IMG/VR virus record: IMGVR_UViG_3300013120_000738
Span: 163,726 to 227,725 of that record
Strand: one strand, 5' to 3'
Length of the DNA stretch: 64,000 bases
The notes below the pieces were generated by a model. It had not been told where the DNA came from and made no database searches. It saw only the letters and a list, made by a program, of their open reading frames with translations. The position numbers and the translations under genes were made by a program. Below are positions 27,873-37,013 of this stretch, one piece after another. Numbering within the stretch: the stretch's first letter is position 1; every line of letters begins with the position of its first letter.

Positions 27873-28283
27873 ATGGACAAAGAACAAGCCCAACTAAGCT
27901 GGTCACGAGCCAACAAACTCGCAGAACTCGCCGGAATCGCCCCACCGGCCGCCAGAAACTACATCTCAACCCTCAAAAAAGACACCGAAGAGGGCTGGAG
28001 ACAACTCACAACACTCCTCGACGGCGACAAGGACGCTCGAAACGGAATCATCCGAAACCACATCGACCTCGCCAAAGCCCACAAGACCCCACAAAGGGCT
28101 TCCAAGGGCGACCCCACACGCTCCCCACGGGCCGGAGCCCCCGCCGAATCCTCAAACGGTACCGAAGGAACCGCCGGGGTCGACATCAACCTCCTCCGAG
28201 CCCTAAAGAAACTCCTCACCAAGGGCTACGCACTCGAAGACATCCAAACAGGCTGCAAGTTCATCCAAGAACTACGCTCATAA
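27873..28283 (+). CDS. Hypothetical protein
   Basis: ATAAGGAAA leader like its neighbours. Confidence 0.65.
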   Translation: MDKEQAQLSWSRANKLAELAGIAPPAARNYISTLKKDTEEGWRQLTTLLDGDKDARNGIIRNHIDLAKAHKTPQRASKGDPTRSPRAGAPAESSNGTEGTAGVDINLLRALKKLLTKGYALEDIQTGCKFIQELRS

Positions 28284-28320
28284 GCACGCCCTAGTCCTCG
28301 ACCGCACCAGAAACATAGAA

Positions 28321-28610
28321 CGACCCCCGACCATTTCCACGGAGGAAATCGTACGGGGGCTCCTCTTATATCCGAACGTAATCTTACGCGTTCGCATAAG
28401 TCCTCATAAGGCCTTGAGGACTTTCTAGACGCCCGCTCGATTTCCTCCGTGGAAATAACCCCCCTTTACCGGGTGGCGGGCTTCACATATATCTCCGAGC
28501 TTCTCCTTTAGCTTCCCTTGAATTCTACGCGCGTGAAGGGCCGGAAGTCCTAGAGAGTGCTTGCGGGTCAGAAAGATATCTTCCGTGGCCTCGGAGATAT
28601 ATCCGGTCTT
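28321..28610. other. Putative replication origin or genome-end junction with nested inverted repeats
   Basis: 19-bp perfect IR 28333-28351/28438-28456; 13-bp perfect IR 28487-28499/28590-28602; strand skew inverts here. Confidence 0.6.
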
Positions 28611-28704
28611 GTTGGTGTTTTGGAGATTCGGGTATTTTATTTCTCTGTTAGTATAGTTATTGGTCTTTGTGGTGGGTTTCTTGGGGTGATTTCCCCTTTG
28701 GGAA

Positions 28705-29165
28705 TTATTTGGGCCAGCCGGTGTGGTTTCTGAACCAGTGGGTGAGTTTTTGGATGCTTTGGGGGTCGTTGAGGTCGCATTGGTAGCAGATTGTTGGGCG
28801 GTCTGCTGGTTGGATTGTGAGGGTTGTACCTTGGATTTTTATTTTGTGGCTTGGGGCGTGGCAGCAGGTGGCGGGTTTGTCGTAGGTCCAGCGGTGTGAG
28901 CCGTCTGGTCCTTGGTAGTAGTGGATGTGGAGGTGGGTTATTTGGGTTTGGAGTTCTTGTCTTATGGCTTCTATTGTTGGGTTTTTGGGGTTTGTGGGGG
29001 TTAGGAGGATTTGGTCTGTGATGTTGAATGCTTGTAGGTGTTTGAGGATTTGTTGTGGTGTGTAGGTTTTGTGAGGGTTTTGCCTGTGGGGAGTTGTGCT
29101 GTGTAGGTTTTGTTGGGGTTTGTGAGTTTTTGGAGGTTTTTTATGGTTGCTTTGATTTTGGTCAT
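28705..29165 (-). pseudogene. DLxDP-family protein, frameshifted (missed by ORF track)
   Basis: MTKIKATIK... joins the -1 frame KTYTPQQILKHL...CYQCDLNDPQSIQKLTHWF near 29070. Confidence 0.6.
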
Positions 29166-29199
29166 GATTTGTGTTTATGTCGTGGAGTTCTGGGATCCA

Positions 29200-29493
29200 T
29201 TAGTTTTCGAGTTGGTCTAGGAGGTCTGTGAGGTTGTCGGGTGTGGCTCCTATCCATTCTGTGGCTGTGGTGATGGCGTTTTGGATTCCTTCGGTGATTT
29301 TTTGCATTTTTTGGACGTAGTCGTGGAGTTGGTTGTAGGCTGAGAGGCCGTGTTGGGCGACGTGTCTTGGGTCTGTAGGGATTGTTTTTTTGAGGGTTTG
29401 GTAGAGGTGTCCGAGGTATTTGCAGAGGAGGCAGTAGTTTATTGCTTTTGCTATTTGGGTGTAATAACTCGAAAAACCTTCGCAAGAATTCAC
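29200..29493 (-). CDS. Hypothetical protein
   Basis: GTGA-coupled. Confidence 0.6.
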   Translation of the reverse strand: MNSCEGFSSYYTQIAKAINYCLLCKYLGHLYQTLKKTIPTDPRHVAQHGLSAYNQLHDYVQKMQKITEGIQNAITTATEWIGATPDNLTDLLDQLEN

Positions 29494-29810
29494 TCGAAAG
29501 AAGTCCTTATAATTTTTACGAGATTTTCTAGGACGTCTGGATCGGCTATTGGAAGTTTTCTATTCTCGGTACTAAAATGATGCTCTAGGAATGGGTTTTC
29601 TAGAACTACATCAAGAAAGTCACCGCTGTGATAAATCTTTGCTTGTTTTCGACTCTCGTATGGATTATGTGATTCACTGTAGACTCTAACTCGCGGAATT
29701 CTAGCGGCGTTATCAATCTCTACACCGCAATCGAAGCCCTGAGAAAGCAAGTATTCCTCGACACCGTGTAGGATCGCTGCGGTGATACCCCATTCAGCTG
29801 TCAGAATCAT
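29490..29810 (-). CDS. DLxDP-family protein
   Basis: LPIADPDVLENLV. Confidence 0.65.
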   Translation of the reverse strand: MILTAEWGITAAILHGVEEYLLSQGFDCGVEIDNAARIPRVRVYSESHNPYESRKQAKIYHSGDFLDVVLENPFLEHHFSTENRKLPIADPDVLENLVKIIRTSFE

Positions 29811-30102
29811 TTTACATAGAGCGTGTTGTACTTTTTCATATCCAGCACTTCTTCTGCCACATCCTCAAAAATCTGAGGGTCTGCTGTAGCGATTGGCAAA
29901 TTCAACCTCTCTAGTTCTTTCTCTAACACAGCTTCCAAATCATCGGTGTGTAAGTCGACTAATACTCCAGGACCAGGGTTGATAATTACTCTTACGGTTT
30001 GAGGTCAAGAATTATGATTTCAGCGTCAGGCTCTTCGAGGCCATTAGCACTTACTTCAACCCTGTTGACTCCTCTGCTGAGGAGCCGGAAGAAATACCTC
30101 AC
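29807..30102 (-). pseudogene. DLxDP-family protein, frameshifted
   Basis: VRYFFRLL...ILDLK joins the -1 frame TVRVIINPG...IATADPQIFEDV near 30000. Confidence 0.5.
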
Positions 30103-30365
30103 TTCCAATGCCCTTCTGCATCATCAAACTCGTCAGCTAGCCTTTGAGCTCTTATCCGGCGATTCTCCATCGATTCATGATCTTGGCCGGTGAGTTGTTT
30201 GTAAACCTCGTTGTAGGCCTCGGCTTGGCTAAGAGCCATACCGGGGTCACGAAGTTCACAGTTGAGCAATACAATGAGTGGTCCTACAGACGATTCTGAG
30301 AGTTGGATTGTTTTACCCGCCATAGGATTCCTCCGGCCTGTAATGCCGAACCATTCGCTCGGCAT
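30099..30365 (-). CDS. Hypothetical protein
   Basis: Coupled ORF. Confidence 0.6.
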   Translation of the reverse strand: MPSEWFGITGRRNPMAGKTIQLSESSVGPLIVLLNCELRDPGMALSQAEAYNEVYKQLTGQDHESMENRRIRAQRLADEFDDAEGHWK

Positions 30366-30768
30366 AGTGTTTCACGAGAGTATCCTGGTAAACCATTCTT
30401 CTGCCCGAAGAGCAGACCTGATCAGCATCAATAGGTTGGAACCACCTGTTGAACCAATGAGGATTCCCGCGACCACTTGTCTTGACTTTCGAAAGTCTTT
30501 CTAGGACTTCTTCGTCGTCTAGGATTACGGAGTGTACTGCGTCCTCGGCGACGGGCATCGCTGCGAGCATAACGTGATCGAAGGAGTTGAATTCGCAGTC
30601 TGCGTACAGTTTGATTTTTGGTATACGCTGTTGAACCGCCGCTTCGATACGCTTAATGACATCATCCGGAAGCTCAAAAGGGAATCCTGGATATGCCTTC
30701 AGCTTGTTCCTGGGGTCAGGTCTGCAAAGCGACAGCGTTCTTCTCGCGAATGGATTGCTCATTTTCAT
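30313..30768 (-). CDS. Hypothetical protein
   Basis: ATGA-coupled. Confidence 0.6.
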   Translation of the reverse strand: MKMSNPFARRTLSLCRPDPRNKLKAYPGFPFELPDDVIKRIEAAVQQRIPKIKLYADCEFNSFDHVMLAAMPVAEDAVHSVILDDEEVLERLSKVKTSGRGNPHWFNRWFQPIDADQVCSSGRRMVYQDTLVKHYAERMVRHYRPEESYGG

Positions 30769-30947
30769 TCTTTTGGTAACTCGTTGTCCAGGAGATCTTT
30801 AAGATCCTCGAACGTCACACCAGATTGTTTTTGGCACTGTTCGATCGTGTACTGGCGAGACCGCGCAAGAGCTATGGCTGTATCCGCTCTGTCCCGCATC
30901 CATGTGGCGATTCTATCGATCGCTTTTTCACGTTCTTCTGGTGTCAT
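30765..30947 (-). CDS. Hypothetical protein
   Basis: ATGA-coupled. Confidence 0.6.
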   Translation of the reverse strand: MTPEEREKAIDRIATWMRDRADTAIALARSRQYTIEQCQKQSGVTFEDLKDLLDNELPKE

Positions 30948-31144
30948 TGTTCTTCCGCTGCTCGTATAGTGCTAACGGTTTTGACAACAACTTCAACAGC
31001 GTCGACTTTGCGGGCCAACTCGCCCTCATCTACTCGCCTGTTGTGAATGACTTGTCCACACTTTACGGCGTGTTCTGAGAAATACTTCTTGTCTGTATAG
31101 CCCTTGTCGGCATCAACGTACTGAAGTCTGTATTCGTGTTGCAT
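30944..31144 (-). CDS. Hypothetical protein
   Basis: RBS present. Confidence 0.6.
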   Translation of the reverse strand: MQHEYRLQYVDADKGYTDKKYFSEHAVKCGQVIHNRRVDEGELARKVDAVEVVVKTVSTIRAAEEQ

Positions 31145-31151
31145 CGCTTCC

Positions 31152-31649
31152 TCACGAAGTCAAGAGTGGTTGGTCACAGTGAAACCGAACGTAACTCCGA
31201 CCCGACGCGGTGAGGATATGCTGGCAAAGCCAGTCGAAATCCTCAGTACTCATGAGCATCGTGCAGGCCGGGATGTTGTCGAGCATCTCTTTTTGCCAAT
31301 CAGCATGACGCTGTCGCTCGTGTTCGACGTCGTAATCGCCAGTCCTAAAAGGCGAATTGGATCGGTCATTAAAGGGCTCGAAGCCACCACCGACAACCAA
31401 TCCCTTACCGGCCTCAAAAACGTTGAAAGGACGATCCTCTTCACGATCGGACTTCCAGAGGAAGGCGAATGGAAGGCCACAAGCGATACTTTGGATTTCA
31501 TTCGGAATTACGGGGGTCCTGTCGCGGTTTTCGGCGAACATGAACTGCCACGTACATTGGCCGGTTTTGCCAAGTTTGTCCGTGGTCACGATTAGGATTG
31601 TTTTGTCCTGTTCGACGGATTCCTGTGTGAGTTCTGCTGTATCGCTCAT
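31152..31649 (-). CDS. Hypothetical protein
   Basis: AAGGAG RBS; promoter 31682. Confidence 0.7.
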   Translation of the reverse strand: MSDTAELTQESVEQDKTILIVTTDKLGKTGQCTWQFMFAENRDRTPVIPNEIQSIACGLPFAFLWKSDREEDRPFNVFEAGKGLVVGGGFEPFNDRSNSPFRTGDYDVEHERQRHADWQKEMLDNIPACTMLMSTEDFDWLCQHILTASGRSYVRFHCDQPLLTS

Positions 31650-31709
31650 GGGTTCTCCTTCAGATTATTTGATTTCTATAATGTGACAAAAGGTATCGAA
31701 AGAGTTAAA

Positions 31710-32033
31710 TCATGGTTGAGCTAAATCAACGTTAAAATGAGCTGCCAATCGCGTCATTAGGTCAATGAAATCGTCATAATCAGGACCGAGAGGCGTTGCA
31801 TCAGTATAGCGGTCTTTAACAACTCGAAATTGAGTGGCCGAATATGGTAATTCATGATCTGGAATGTCGGCTATAAAATCAGATAGAGCAATGACTCTAT
31901 TCCATAGTTTTAGTCCAGAGCATCTATAATCTCGGGCTACACAGAAAATTCGATATCAACGATCCAACACTCATAGAGAGAATAAGGAATTTCTTTGATG
32001 CGGAAAATTCTCGTTGTCAACATTCCTGATCAT
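31710..32033 (-). pseudogene. Interrupted ORF (two in-frame UGA, or one frameshift)
   Basis: Stop-free tail YRIFCVARDY...FNVDLAQP; see findings. Confidence 0.5.
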
Positions 32034-32126
32034 TTAGTTGATTCTTATGGGAAGATTTCAAACAGTGCTTTAATCCGGCTTCATCGGCTATCGCCGCGAG
32101 TAGCTCAGGGACCATTTGGATCATTC

Positions 32127-32354
32127 CTAAAAACCCGCTTGTAATCGCCCTATTGCGTTTTCTATTCCATTGCCGCTTTTTCTTTTATCGTCCCGACCAA
32201 GCAAAGTGTCTATGAGTGGGAGGCCTAGCTGTTGGCGGACGTAATTATTCAGGCTTAAGTCCGCAGCCTTAGCCCTTCTGTTCAAATCGTGTCTTTCGCT
32301 TTCGTGTCCCCTTACGGTGACAATAACGATGCACTTTTCCGGCTGTTCATCCAC
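32127..32354 (-). CDS. Ribbon-helix-helix-like DNA-binding protein
   Basis: IVTVRG..SERHDLNRRAKAADLSLNNYVRQQL. Confidence 0.6.
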   Translation of the reverse strand: MDEQPEKCIVIVTVRGHESERHDLNRRAKAADLSLNNYVRQQLGLPLIDTLLGRDDKRKSGNGIENAIGRLQAGF

Positions 32355-32758
32355 TATTTGATCTCCCTATCCCAGGACTTGCCAACTTCCCATGGATGCT
32401 TACCGTCTTCTTTCATGGCTTTCGCATCCTCTGAGAGTGTTTCTGTAATGGCGTTTAGAAATTGCTCAAAGGTACAGTTATAGAATACATTCTTTGTATT
32501 GCTCAATACTATAACGCCACCAATTATTGTATTATCTTCAAGAGTAAGTGTACCTCTTCCAATACCATCATCATCGTCGACCAGAAGATTACGTAAATCC
32601 TTAACTGTACGTGATGCTGGCGACTGTGACAAAGGAATATCGGCGCATTCAGTAAACTTGAGCCTAGCACACTCCGCATCTGGTACATCAATAGCAAAAT
32701 CGAAAACAAAACTTTTTTCGCTTTTTTCAGTGATTCGTACTAAAAAACTACCACTCAC
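32354..32758 (-). CDS. Hypothetical protein
   Basis: Coupled ORF. Confidence 0.6.
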   Translation of the reverse strand: MSGSFLVRITEKSEKSFVFDFAIDVPDAECARLKFTECADIPLSQSPASRTVKDLRNLLVDDDDGIGRGTLTLEDNTIIGGVIVLSNTKNVFYNCTFEQFLNAITETLSEDAKAMKEDGKHPWEVGKSWDREIK

Positions 32759-32994
32759 TGCACGATCCCTCGTATTTCGAAGCTGTACTTAGCCTTACCG
32801 AGAAGCCACCAAACCAGAATTCCAGTTGCAAGATCTCCGTTGGGCAATATCGCTTTTTGTGGTTTGGCTTTCAGCTCATTCAATGCTGCTGGTCTGCCTT
32901 CTATGAGCATTACTTCTGCGTTTGGGTCTTCAATACCTCCATCATCAAGCAATAAATAATTGCCATTGTCTTTTACGACCCTGTAAGCTCTCAT
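32755..32994 (-). CDS. Hypothetical protein
   Basis: ATGA-coupled. Confidence 0.6.
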   Translation of the reverse strand: MRAYRVVKDNGNYLLLDDGGIEDPNAEVMLIEGRPAALNELKAKPQKAILPNGDLATGILVWWLLGKAKYSFEIRGIVQ

Positions 32995-33320
32995 CCGTTC
33001 ACCGCAATAATAACTCTTTCATTCCCGTGGTTTTGAATTTGTAGGACTCTTGTAACGACAGGCTTTAATTCAAGAATGGGAGGTTCCGGCTCCCATTCGA
33101 GCATGTCATAGTCATAGGGATCATCGTCCCAATCCCAATATTCGTCCTGATCGTCCCACCCGTCGTCCCATTCGTCTTCGGGTTCATCGTCATACGGGCT
33201 CAAATTGTCCCAGGTCTCTTCTTCGAGATCGGCAAGATCTAAAGCCGCATCAGCCCATTCATCTTCAAGTTCTTGCCGCCAATCAAGCTTCTCGCGTCGT
33301 TCCTTCTTTCGGATCGGCAT
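32991..33320 (-). CDS. Highly acidic W/D-rich protein
   Basis: DEWDDGWDDQDEYWDWDDD. Confidence 0.6.
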   Translation of the reverse strand: MPIRKKERREKLDWRQELEDEWADAALDLADLEEETWDNLSPYDDEPEDEWDDGWDDQDEYWDWDDDPYDYDMLEWEPEPPILELKPVVTRVLQIQNHGNERVIIAVNG

Positions 33321-33973
33321 TAATCTCCTCCACACGGTCCGCCGTTCAACTTACAGAGATACTCGTCTTCGTAGAGATTTGGTCCCACCCGGTTGCAGAT
33401 CGGGCAACCGTAAGCGAACTGGTAGTCGATAGCCGGGACGCCATCAAGCCGAAGAAGACTTCGATCAATCCCAAGTTCATTTGCGACTTGCGTGAGAGCC
33501 AGTGAAGGATCCCAAGGACCCGAATCCGGTATCCGGAGGACTCCAACGACTTCCTCGAACGGGTGTTCGTGATCTACATAAGCATCCGAGTGTTCAACCT
33601 CGATCGTCCTCGGTGCCTTCTTCATCACTGCGTAATAGTCCATCTTAGGTCTCCTGAGTTTGTGGTTTCTCAGGTGTGACAGGCCCATGCTTCTTGGATA
33701 TCGAACAAGTGACGCTAAAATCTCCTCCAAATCAACATCAGGCTTTGATAAATCAAAAGCATATTGTTCAGCATCATGAGGCAGTGCTATCGTAAAAGGT
33801 TGGGCGGCAAGAATTATAGCAAGAAGAGACTTATCTAATGATTTGTCTACAGAATCGACGGGTTCGTCAGTCTCTATGTAAATTCCATGTCCTATTGCGT
33901 GGGCATACAAAGGCTCTTCCAAATGCTTATTCAGATAATCAAGAACTAGTTGCAGGAGCATGATTCGCCACAA
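33320..33973 (-). CDS. DLxDP-family N-half plus second domain (possibly two genes)
   Basis: FDLSKPDVDLEEIL; internal AGGAG-ATG (MDYYAV). Confidence 0.55.
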   Translation of the reverse strand: MWRIMLLQLVLDYLNKHLEEPLYAHAIGHGIYIETDEPVDSVDKSLDKSLLAIILAAQPFTIALPHDAEQYAFDLSKPDVDLEEILASLVRYPRSMGLSHLRNHKLRRPKMDYYAVMKKAPRTIEVEHSDAYVDHEHPFEEVVGVLRIPDSGPWDPSLALTQVANELGIDRSLLRLDGVPAIDYQFAYGCPICNRVGPNLYEDEYLCKLNGGPCGGD

Positions 33974-34244
33974 AATCTCTTACTTTGATATCCCTAATTA
34001 ACTGATCTAAGACCCTCTCAAGATCGACGCTAGGATTGCTAAGGTCATAGGCGGAACTTGAGATACCTGTACAAAGCAAATGTGCTATTTCTACTGTAGA
34101 GCCATAAATAAAAATACGAGTCATAACAGTATCAGAAACTGAAATATCAATCCTGTGCCCGTTCCACACTCCGTATGATTGTACATGATACGCAAAAATC
34201 CTGTACCTGAGATAAGACACGATTATATCAACTAATTGACTCAT
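33939..34244 (-). CDS. DLxDP-family protein
   Basis: YDLSNPSVDLERVL. Confidence 0.65.
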   Translation of the reverse strand: MSQLVDIIVSYLRYRIFAYHVQSYGVWNGHRIDISVSDTVMTRIFIYGSTVEIAHLLCTGISSSAYDLSNPSVDLERVLDQLIRDIKVRDFVANHAPATSS

Positions 34245-35200
34245 CTCCGTTTCTTTTTAGCCTTCTTAGCTGCCTCTGCTTCGCGTACCGATTCAACATC
34301 AATTTTGTAATACGGCTCATGTTGAGGAATCTGATATCCCCTCTTCACTAACTTCTCAACATATTCATCGCACAGGGATAACAGAAATTCCACGTCTCTC
34401 TCAAATTTAAGACCTCTCGCAGTTTTCAAATACCAGATCTGATTTTTCTGTTCGTGTGGACCAAAACTGAAATGATATGTTCTGATTCGGTCAGGACTGA
34501 TCTTATCAAAATCTGTGACACTCCAGCTAGACACATTAATACCATAAGTCAACTGATCTAATACTTTGTACGATCTACAATAAATCGGAATGAAATTCCC
34601 CCACTTCTGGTCAACAAACAATCCTGTCAATTGCTTTTTTTCTGACTCTGAACCGTTTATACAGAAGTACTTTAATCTCTTTATCCACCATCCGAGTAAA
34701 TCATTATCGCGTCTTAGTCCTAAGAAACCGAAATTGAAAATTCCACGCTTCAGATAAATCGTTTCAAGTGTCTTTATGTCTCGTATAGACTCCTCTGGAG
34801 TACACCTGTGCGGAGTTACCAAGATCGGAGATTCATCAAACAAAGGCTCCAAATCAAGATATTGCAACACATACTGATCAGGATCTAGATGAACTACTCT
34901 TTCATATTCCTTGAAAAGACGATTAAATACATGACCCTTGATAGCCGTACAAAGCTCTACGATAGTATAAGACTTAGCCCATCTTGGCGTTCTAAATTCT
35001 ACAATTCGATCGATAGCAGGGTTATCGCGAAGCTCTTGCGGAACTGCACTATGGCAATCGACGCTAGTATTGACTAGAATCCAAATAAACGGATCATCGT
35101 GGAACCTTTTAAAGGACTCTGCGAGCACTTGTACTTGTGGAGCATAATTAAGATCAGATATCGTGAAATACGCAATCACTTTAGCCCCTTCGTGACACAT
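34241..35200 (-). CDS. GT-A (GT8-like) glycosyltransferase
   Basis: ELCTAIK, HLDPD (DxD), LVTPH, GIFNFGF, FVDQKW, GINV. Confidence 0.85.
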   Translation of the reverse strand: MCHEGAKVIAYFTISDLNYAPQVQVLAESFKRFHDDPFIWILVNTSVDCHSAVPQELRDNPAIDRIVEFRTPRWAKSYTIVELCTAIKGHVFNRLFKEYERVVHLDPDQYVLQYLDLEPLFDESPILVTPHRCTPEESIRDIKTLETIYLKRGIFNFGFLGLRRDNDLLGWWIKRLKYFCINGSESEKKQLTGLFVDQKWGNFIPIYCRSYKVLDQLTYGINVSSWSVTDFDKISPDRIRTYHFSFGPHEQKNQIWYLKTARGLKFERDVEFLLSLCDEYVEKLVKRGYQIPQHEPYYKIDVESVREAEAAKKAKKKRR

Positions 35201-35427
35201 CTTTTACAGATGAAATCGTCCGGAGACCATCTATCACCTTCAGTTGTCGCTCTAAGCTTTGCATATTCATCGCTTCTATACCACTCTTCTAGCGAATGGT
35301 CGTTGATATTTGGGAGAGTTACTTCACGATGATAATCCATACAACAAAGAGCTAACTGCCCATCGTACATTATATGAACCCATTTGCAAATCCTACTACA
35401 TCGCCTTAAATTGCTGGACTTTTGCAT
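35176..35427 (-). CDS. Stand-alone SPASM-type Fe-S domain
   Basis: CSRICKWVHIMYDGQLALCCMDY...NI...SLEEWY....Y..LR...ICKRC. Confidence 0.8.
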   Translation of the reverse strand: MQKSSNLRRCSRICKWVHIMYDGQLALCCMDYHREVTLPNINDHSLEEWYRSDEYAKLRATTEGDRWSPDDFICKRCVTKGLK

Positions 35428-35559
35428 AGCTACTCTGCACGTGGACAAGGACGACCGGATCACCAGGGGCATCCAAATGATCCGTCGTCATAGAGAACTT
35501 TACGCCACCACCAACCTTAGGAGTAATTTCGGTGACGCGGTAAGCAACTGTCGATTCGT

Positions 35560-35751
35560 CTAGCACGATCGAAGAAGTCCTGTACCAATCAAATCGTTCA
35601 CAGCTTGTTTCAGAAGAGCCTCTTGTTGATGCTTCTTATGCTTCTCGTCCTTCTGAGTATGGGCGACGGCAGCCTCTTCATCAGTCAAGTCCACCGTTTC
35701 ACCACAGACAGGGCACCGAGCCTCAGTCGGGAACATCGTACCACTAAGCAT
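35560..35751 (-). CDS. Small Zn-finger protein
   Basis: CPVC...AH...H. Confidence 0.55.
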   Translation of the reverse strand: MLSGTMFPTEARCPVCGETVDLTDEEAAVAHTQKDEKHKKHQQEALLKQAVNDLIGTGLLRSC

Positions 35752-36046
35752 TTTCTTCTTCCTCTCTACGTCTTCGACGTCGCTTAACCTTCTCGATCCC
35801 ATCGGCAATAGCGGCCCACAGAAACACACCGCCAAGCCCAAGAACAAAACCTACCGGAATCTCAAAGACCACACAGAGCAACTTCTGCCAGAACGTAGCT
35901 GGACCAAAAGCCCACCAAATCCCGTAGATGGCACCACACCACAATGTGATCACAAAGATCGCAGAAATGATTGGTCCACCAATCACATTCAGCACAGTAT
36001 TGAAAAGAGCACTTTCTGCTCGATCAAGCAGTGTTCGCCGCCGCAT
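35744..36046 (-). CDS. Two-TM membrane protein
   Basis: Two hydrophobic stretches, basic C-tail. Confidence 0.65.
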   Translation of the reverse strand: MRRRTLLDRAESALFNTVLNVIGGPIISAIFVITLWCGAIYGIWWAFGPATFWQKLLCVVFEIPVGFVLGLGGVFLWAAIADGIEKVKRRRRRREEEENA

Positions 36047-37013
36047 TTTTTAGACCTTCCTCGAAAAATTGTACATGATTAAAGTGCTCGAAACCGAGCC
36101 GATTAGCCCAAGTCCGATCTTTTGTCTGATCACCAACATAAATGCACTGGTCGGGATCAAGAAAGTACTTGCGAATGAAGTAAACGCCCATTCCACTTTG
36201 AGGCTTCACACAATAACACGAGTCCCCAGGCGGTAAATGTGGGCAATACTGTAACTCATCCACGGTGACACCGAGCTGCTTGTGTGTCTCATCGAAGCAC
36301 GCTTTGGCTTGTTCTCTCGACAAAACTCCCTTCGAAACACCTGACTGATTCGACGCCCCCAAGAGAAGATAACCCTGATCCCGATAATATTGCATGACTT
36401 TACCGCGACCAGGAATAACAGAGACTTCACTTGGTTGGCACGGATACTTGCCGTTGCCGCCATTGGTGAATCTAAGAGTGCCATCATAATCGAAGATAAC
36501 AGCCTTGTTGCAGAATGCCGTTCCAAGGGGATTTCTCTTGAACTTGATCTTCTCGATCTTGGCGTAACCCTCGGCCATTGTGGGCTTCTCAAACTGCTTG
36601 CGGTACAGGAATAACACCGCTGGCGGGAAGATGTTTGGGTCATTCTTGGCTTGCGGGTGATCCGCGATCTCATTAGCAGTCCTGAAGACGCACTCATAAC
36701 GATCCCACATCCGGTGGAGTGCGTTGATTTGACAATCCTCGATTTTGATGTCCATCAAGACGCATTTGACCGGCACACCATGTTGTTTGGCGAGGTCGAT
36801 GAACGGTTGCCGCATGCCATTGGTCGGAAAGGTATTGTCGAGAACTACGCTCTCACCCTTAGCGAGACACCTACCGACTGCTGGTAGTAAATCCATGACC
36901 TTGCCGCTTACAAGATCTCGGCTGACGTGTCGATAGCCTCGGTCGATGTAAGTTTTGGAGATACCTGTTTTGCCGGAGGCTTGTGGCCCCACCAACATTA
37001 TCACTTCTTGCAT
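36024..37013 (-). CDS. Polynucleotide kinase/3'-phosphatase-like (P-loop kinase + HAD IIIA)
   Basis: GPQASGKT, VSRD, VVLDNT; IFDYDGTL, ASNQSGV, CPH...C.C.KP..GM, YVGD. Confidence 0.88.
   Translation of the reverse strand: MQEVIMLVGPQASGKTGISKTYIDRGYRHVSRDLVSGKVMDLLPAVGRCLAKGESVVLDNTFPTNGMRQPFIDLAKQHGVPVKCVLMDIKIEDCQINALHRMWDRYECVFRTANEIADHPQAKNDPNIFPPAVLFLYRKQFEKPTMAEGYAKIEKIKFKRNPLGTAFCNKAVIFDYDGTLRFTNGGNGKYPCQPSEVSVIPGRGKVMQYYRDQGYLLLGASNQSGVSKGVLSREQAKACFDETHKQLGVTVDELQYCPHLPPGDSCYCVKPQSGMGVYFIRKYFLDPDQCIYVGDQTKDRTWANRLGFEHFNHVQFFEEGLKNAAANTA

Noticed and set aside
28824-29485. G/L-rich ORF 28824-29021 (+) and P/R-rich ORF 29162-29485 (-)
   Set aside because: Artefacts of the strand skew; better frames exist on the minus strand
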